From Takakia lepidozioides (Eukaryota > Plantae > Bryophyta): a DNA stretch of 64,000 bases. Location of the stretch: positions 82,584,001 through 82,648,000 of the forward strand of contig CM060731.1 in the NCBI GenBank assembly GCA_030704615.1, written 5' to 3'. Shown in pieces: positions 62,201 through 64,000 of the stretch. Every line of letters starts with the position of its first letter. Positions within the stretch are counted from its first letter, which is position 1. Under the pieces are notes generated by a model that did not search any database, had not been told where the DNA came from, and saw nothing but the letters and a program-made list of their open reading frames with translations. A program made the position numbers and the translations under genes.

Positions 62201-63090
62201 TGCATCGCTTCCTCAAACGGCCGCCTCGGTGACACGCCGCCCCCATCGGGCTCACCGGGATCATCATCTTTTGGGCCGTTCCGCTTTCGCTCCGGCTTGC
62301 CCGACCCCATGATGAGGCCAATCCCAAGGACGATCGCGTACTGAACTCAGGGCTCTGATACCAAATATCGCGCACCTCACTTCGGTAAACTCCCATTCAA
62401 GTCATAGTTACTCGCTTTGATGCGCGCGCCTGACTCCCAACCTGGCCGCCGGGCCAACTTGGAGCTTCGGCTGCTCACCGGGACATAACGGTCCCCTTTC
62501 GCTTCCCTCTAAAACCCTCCACCTAATTGGGACTAGGAGAATTCCCTTTGGTAGATGGCAGTCCGGAACAGCTCCCCACTCTTTGGTCGCTTTCCGGCTC
62601 GCTCGCTTACTCACTAGTTTTTGGTCACCAACGGGCTTGCACCGTTCTCGGGGTTACTACTCCCTATATATACTTCTGTAGCTGTCCGCGGGGGTTTCAC
62701 AACCAGCCATGCCATTTTATGGCGAACCACCACGAAGACCCTCGATTCCCGGTGGTGAGTCGCGGTGAGTCTTGGCCCGCTCACCACGGCCCCTATGGAC
62801 CGTGATGAGTCCCAAGACTCCCCACGACTCCCACCACGAGGTCTCCGCCCCCATGGTGAGTCCTATGCCACCCCCACTAAGTCCCACTAAGCTACCACCA
62901 CCCCTTGTGGAGCCACCCCCACCGCAACCCGGTGTGCGGGGCTCCACCTAGTGAGCGCCTCCGCTTCCCTGAGTGCCTTGGGCACTCAAGGGTGCCTCAG
63001 CCCCCATACCTATCGCTGCCGCTGCCCCCACCACAGGGGCAGCCCCTCATGTGTCCCGACCCCCTGCCCTCAAGGCAAAGGGCCGCGACA
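56298..63090 (-). mobile_element. Full-length chromovirus (copy 3)
   Basis: LTRs 56298-57022 and 62366-63090; TSD AAAAC; PBS 62352-62363. Confidence 0.98.
57928..62310 (-). pseudogene. Single-frame gag-pol with a TGG>TAG stop (59677) and a 180-bp in-frame integrase deletion (~58938)
   Basis: Comparison with copy 1: PKLR|VDRF. Confidence 0.95.
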
Positions 63091-63095
63091 AAAAC

Positions 63096-64000
63096 ACTAT
63101 AGGCTGTGTTTGGCCATAGTCAATTTGCAAAATTTACCTTATAAGACCCACATATCTTGTAGGTTCCTCCATGTCATTGCCTGAATTGTTGGTAATGGAC
63201 TGGTGCTGGAAAACAGATGAGACTCCACAATCAAAAGACACCATACTTGTTGTGTTCATGCCGGGGGGTATAGCCCTGTAATGGTTACCATACGATGTCA
63301 TACTCTTGAATGACAGGGCAGTAAATGACGGAGGCCTTGAAAAATCCAGTAATTCCTCACGTGTTGTAGGATCAAGCCCATCTGATTGAGTTGAGAGATG
63401 ATCCCGTACACCTTGAGGGAGCCAAACAGCAAATGGAGGACATGGATGCAAATCAGGAGGGTACTGAATTGTCGTGGGATTGCTCATGTACTCCGCATGG
63501 AAGAGTACACAACCATCCTCACAGGCATGAATCATCTTGTATTGCAATCCCATTTTGGCAATCATGGTTTTTGCTTCATAGTGAGTTTTCGGCAATGAAT
63601 TCTCGGCCGGCAGAAAACTCTTACGCAAAAATCAAATGCATTGGTGCATTTGTGGGTAGTGCATGCATTGAGCAACGTCAAAGTTGCTTACAGCTAGCTG
63701 AACGAGCACCCTTCGTAAAGTGGACATTGCGACTGTCGGAAGAGTTTGTCATACTCGGGATCAACGTGCAGGTGAGCATTCTCATCGAATTCATCTTGAA
63801 CGTTATCTGGATTTTGCAAATTGTCTCCATTGTCTCTGGAATCATCAATGTGGTCGACATGATCGGATCCAATGTGATCGGTTCCACCATGAATGGGGTC
63901 TTGTCTGTTTGCATCAGCAAATTGAAATGCTTCATGTAATGCACGCCGGATTTCTACGTGCAATCCACCACCCTCATCTGCATTCTCAATGACATTTGGC
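63096..64000 (-). pseudogene. Internally deleted CACTA transposase
   Basis: PLYEGC, LPAENSLPKTHYEAK..LQYKMIHACEDGCVLF then directly C-terminal YGNHY...FDCGV...YVGLI..IDYG. Confidence 0.85.

Larger units (their letters stand above)
39711..64000 (-). mobile_element. Large CACTA (En/Spm) element, other end beyond the window; hosts the MULE and chromovirus copy 3
   Basis: CACTACAAGA at 39711, GACTAC/ATGACT subterminal repeats to ~40250, CACTA transposase remnants at 55834-56297 and 63096-64000. Linking terminus and transposase is inference. Confidence 0.75.

Overview
Eukaryotic, transposon-saturated window, most consistent with a non-seed land plant (short GT-AG introns, tRNA-iMet PBS chromoviruses, CACTA, MULE); no ordinary host gene is recognisable. 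From left to right: a chromovirus LTR end (1-509); a decayed multi-exon minus-strand gene ending in a Ulp1/C48 protease domain (567-6358); an unexplained C/A-rich stretch with a 39-bp palindrome+spacer array; a long LINE (ORF1, 2A-like peptide, APE, RT, chromodomain, PCIF1-like methyltransferase-like segment, start of RNase H) interrupted by a 4-bp-TSD MITE, a CACTA MITE and a full-length Ty3/gypsy chromovirus; Copia debris; an older chromovirus cut by a large CACTA element (39711 to beyond the window), which itself hosts a third chromovirus and a 12.2-kb Mutator-like element. That MULE (43362-55541, 9-bp TSD) is the most striking object. It carries a GCM-like/DDE/SWIM transposase, a divergently transcribed intron-containing gene fusing a ParB/Srx-like domain to a bacterial-type beta-class N4/N6 DNA-methyltransferase-like domain, and, inside that gene's first intron, 20 tandem 116-bp units each built around an 18-bp-arm palindrome. 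All domain calls are by eye from motifs; no searches were run. This copy is pseudogenised.
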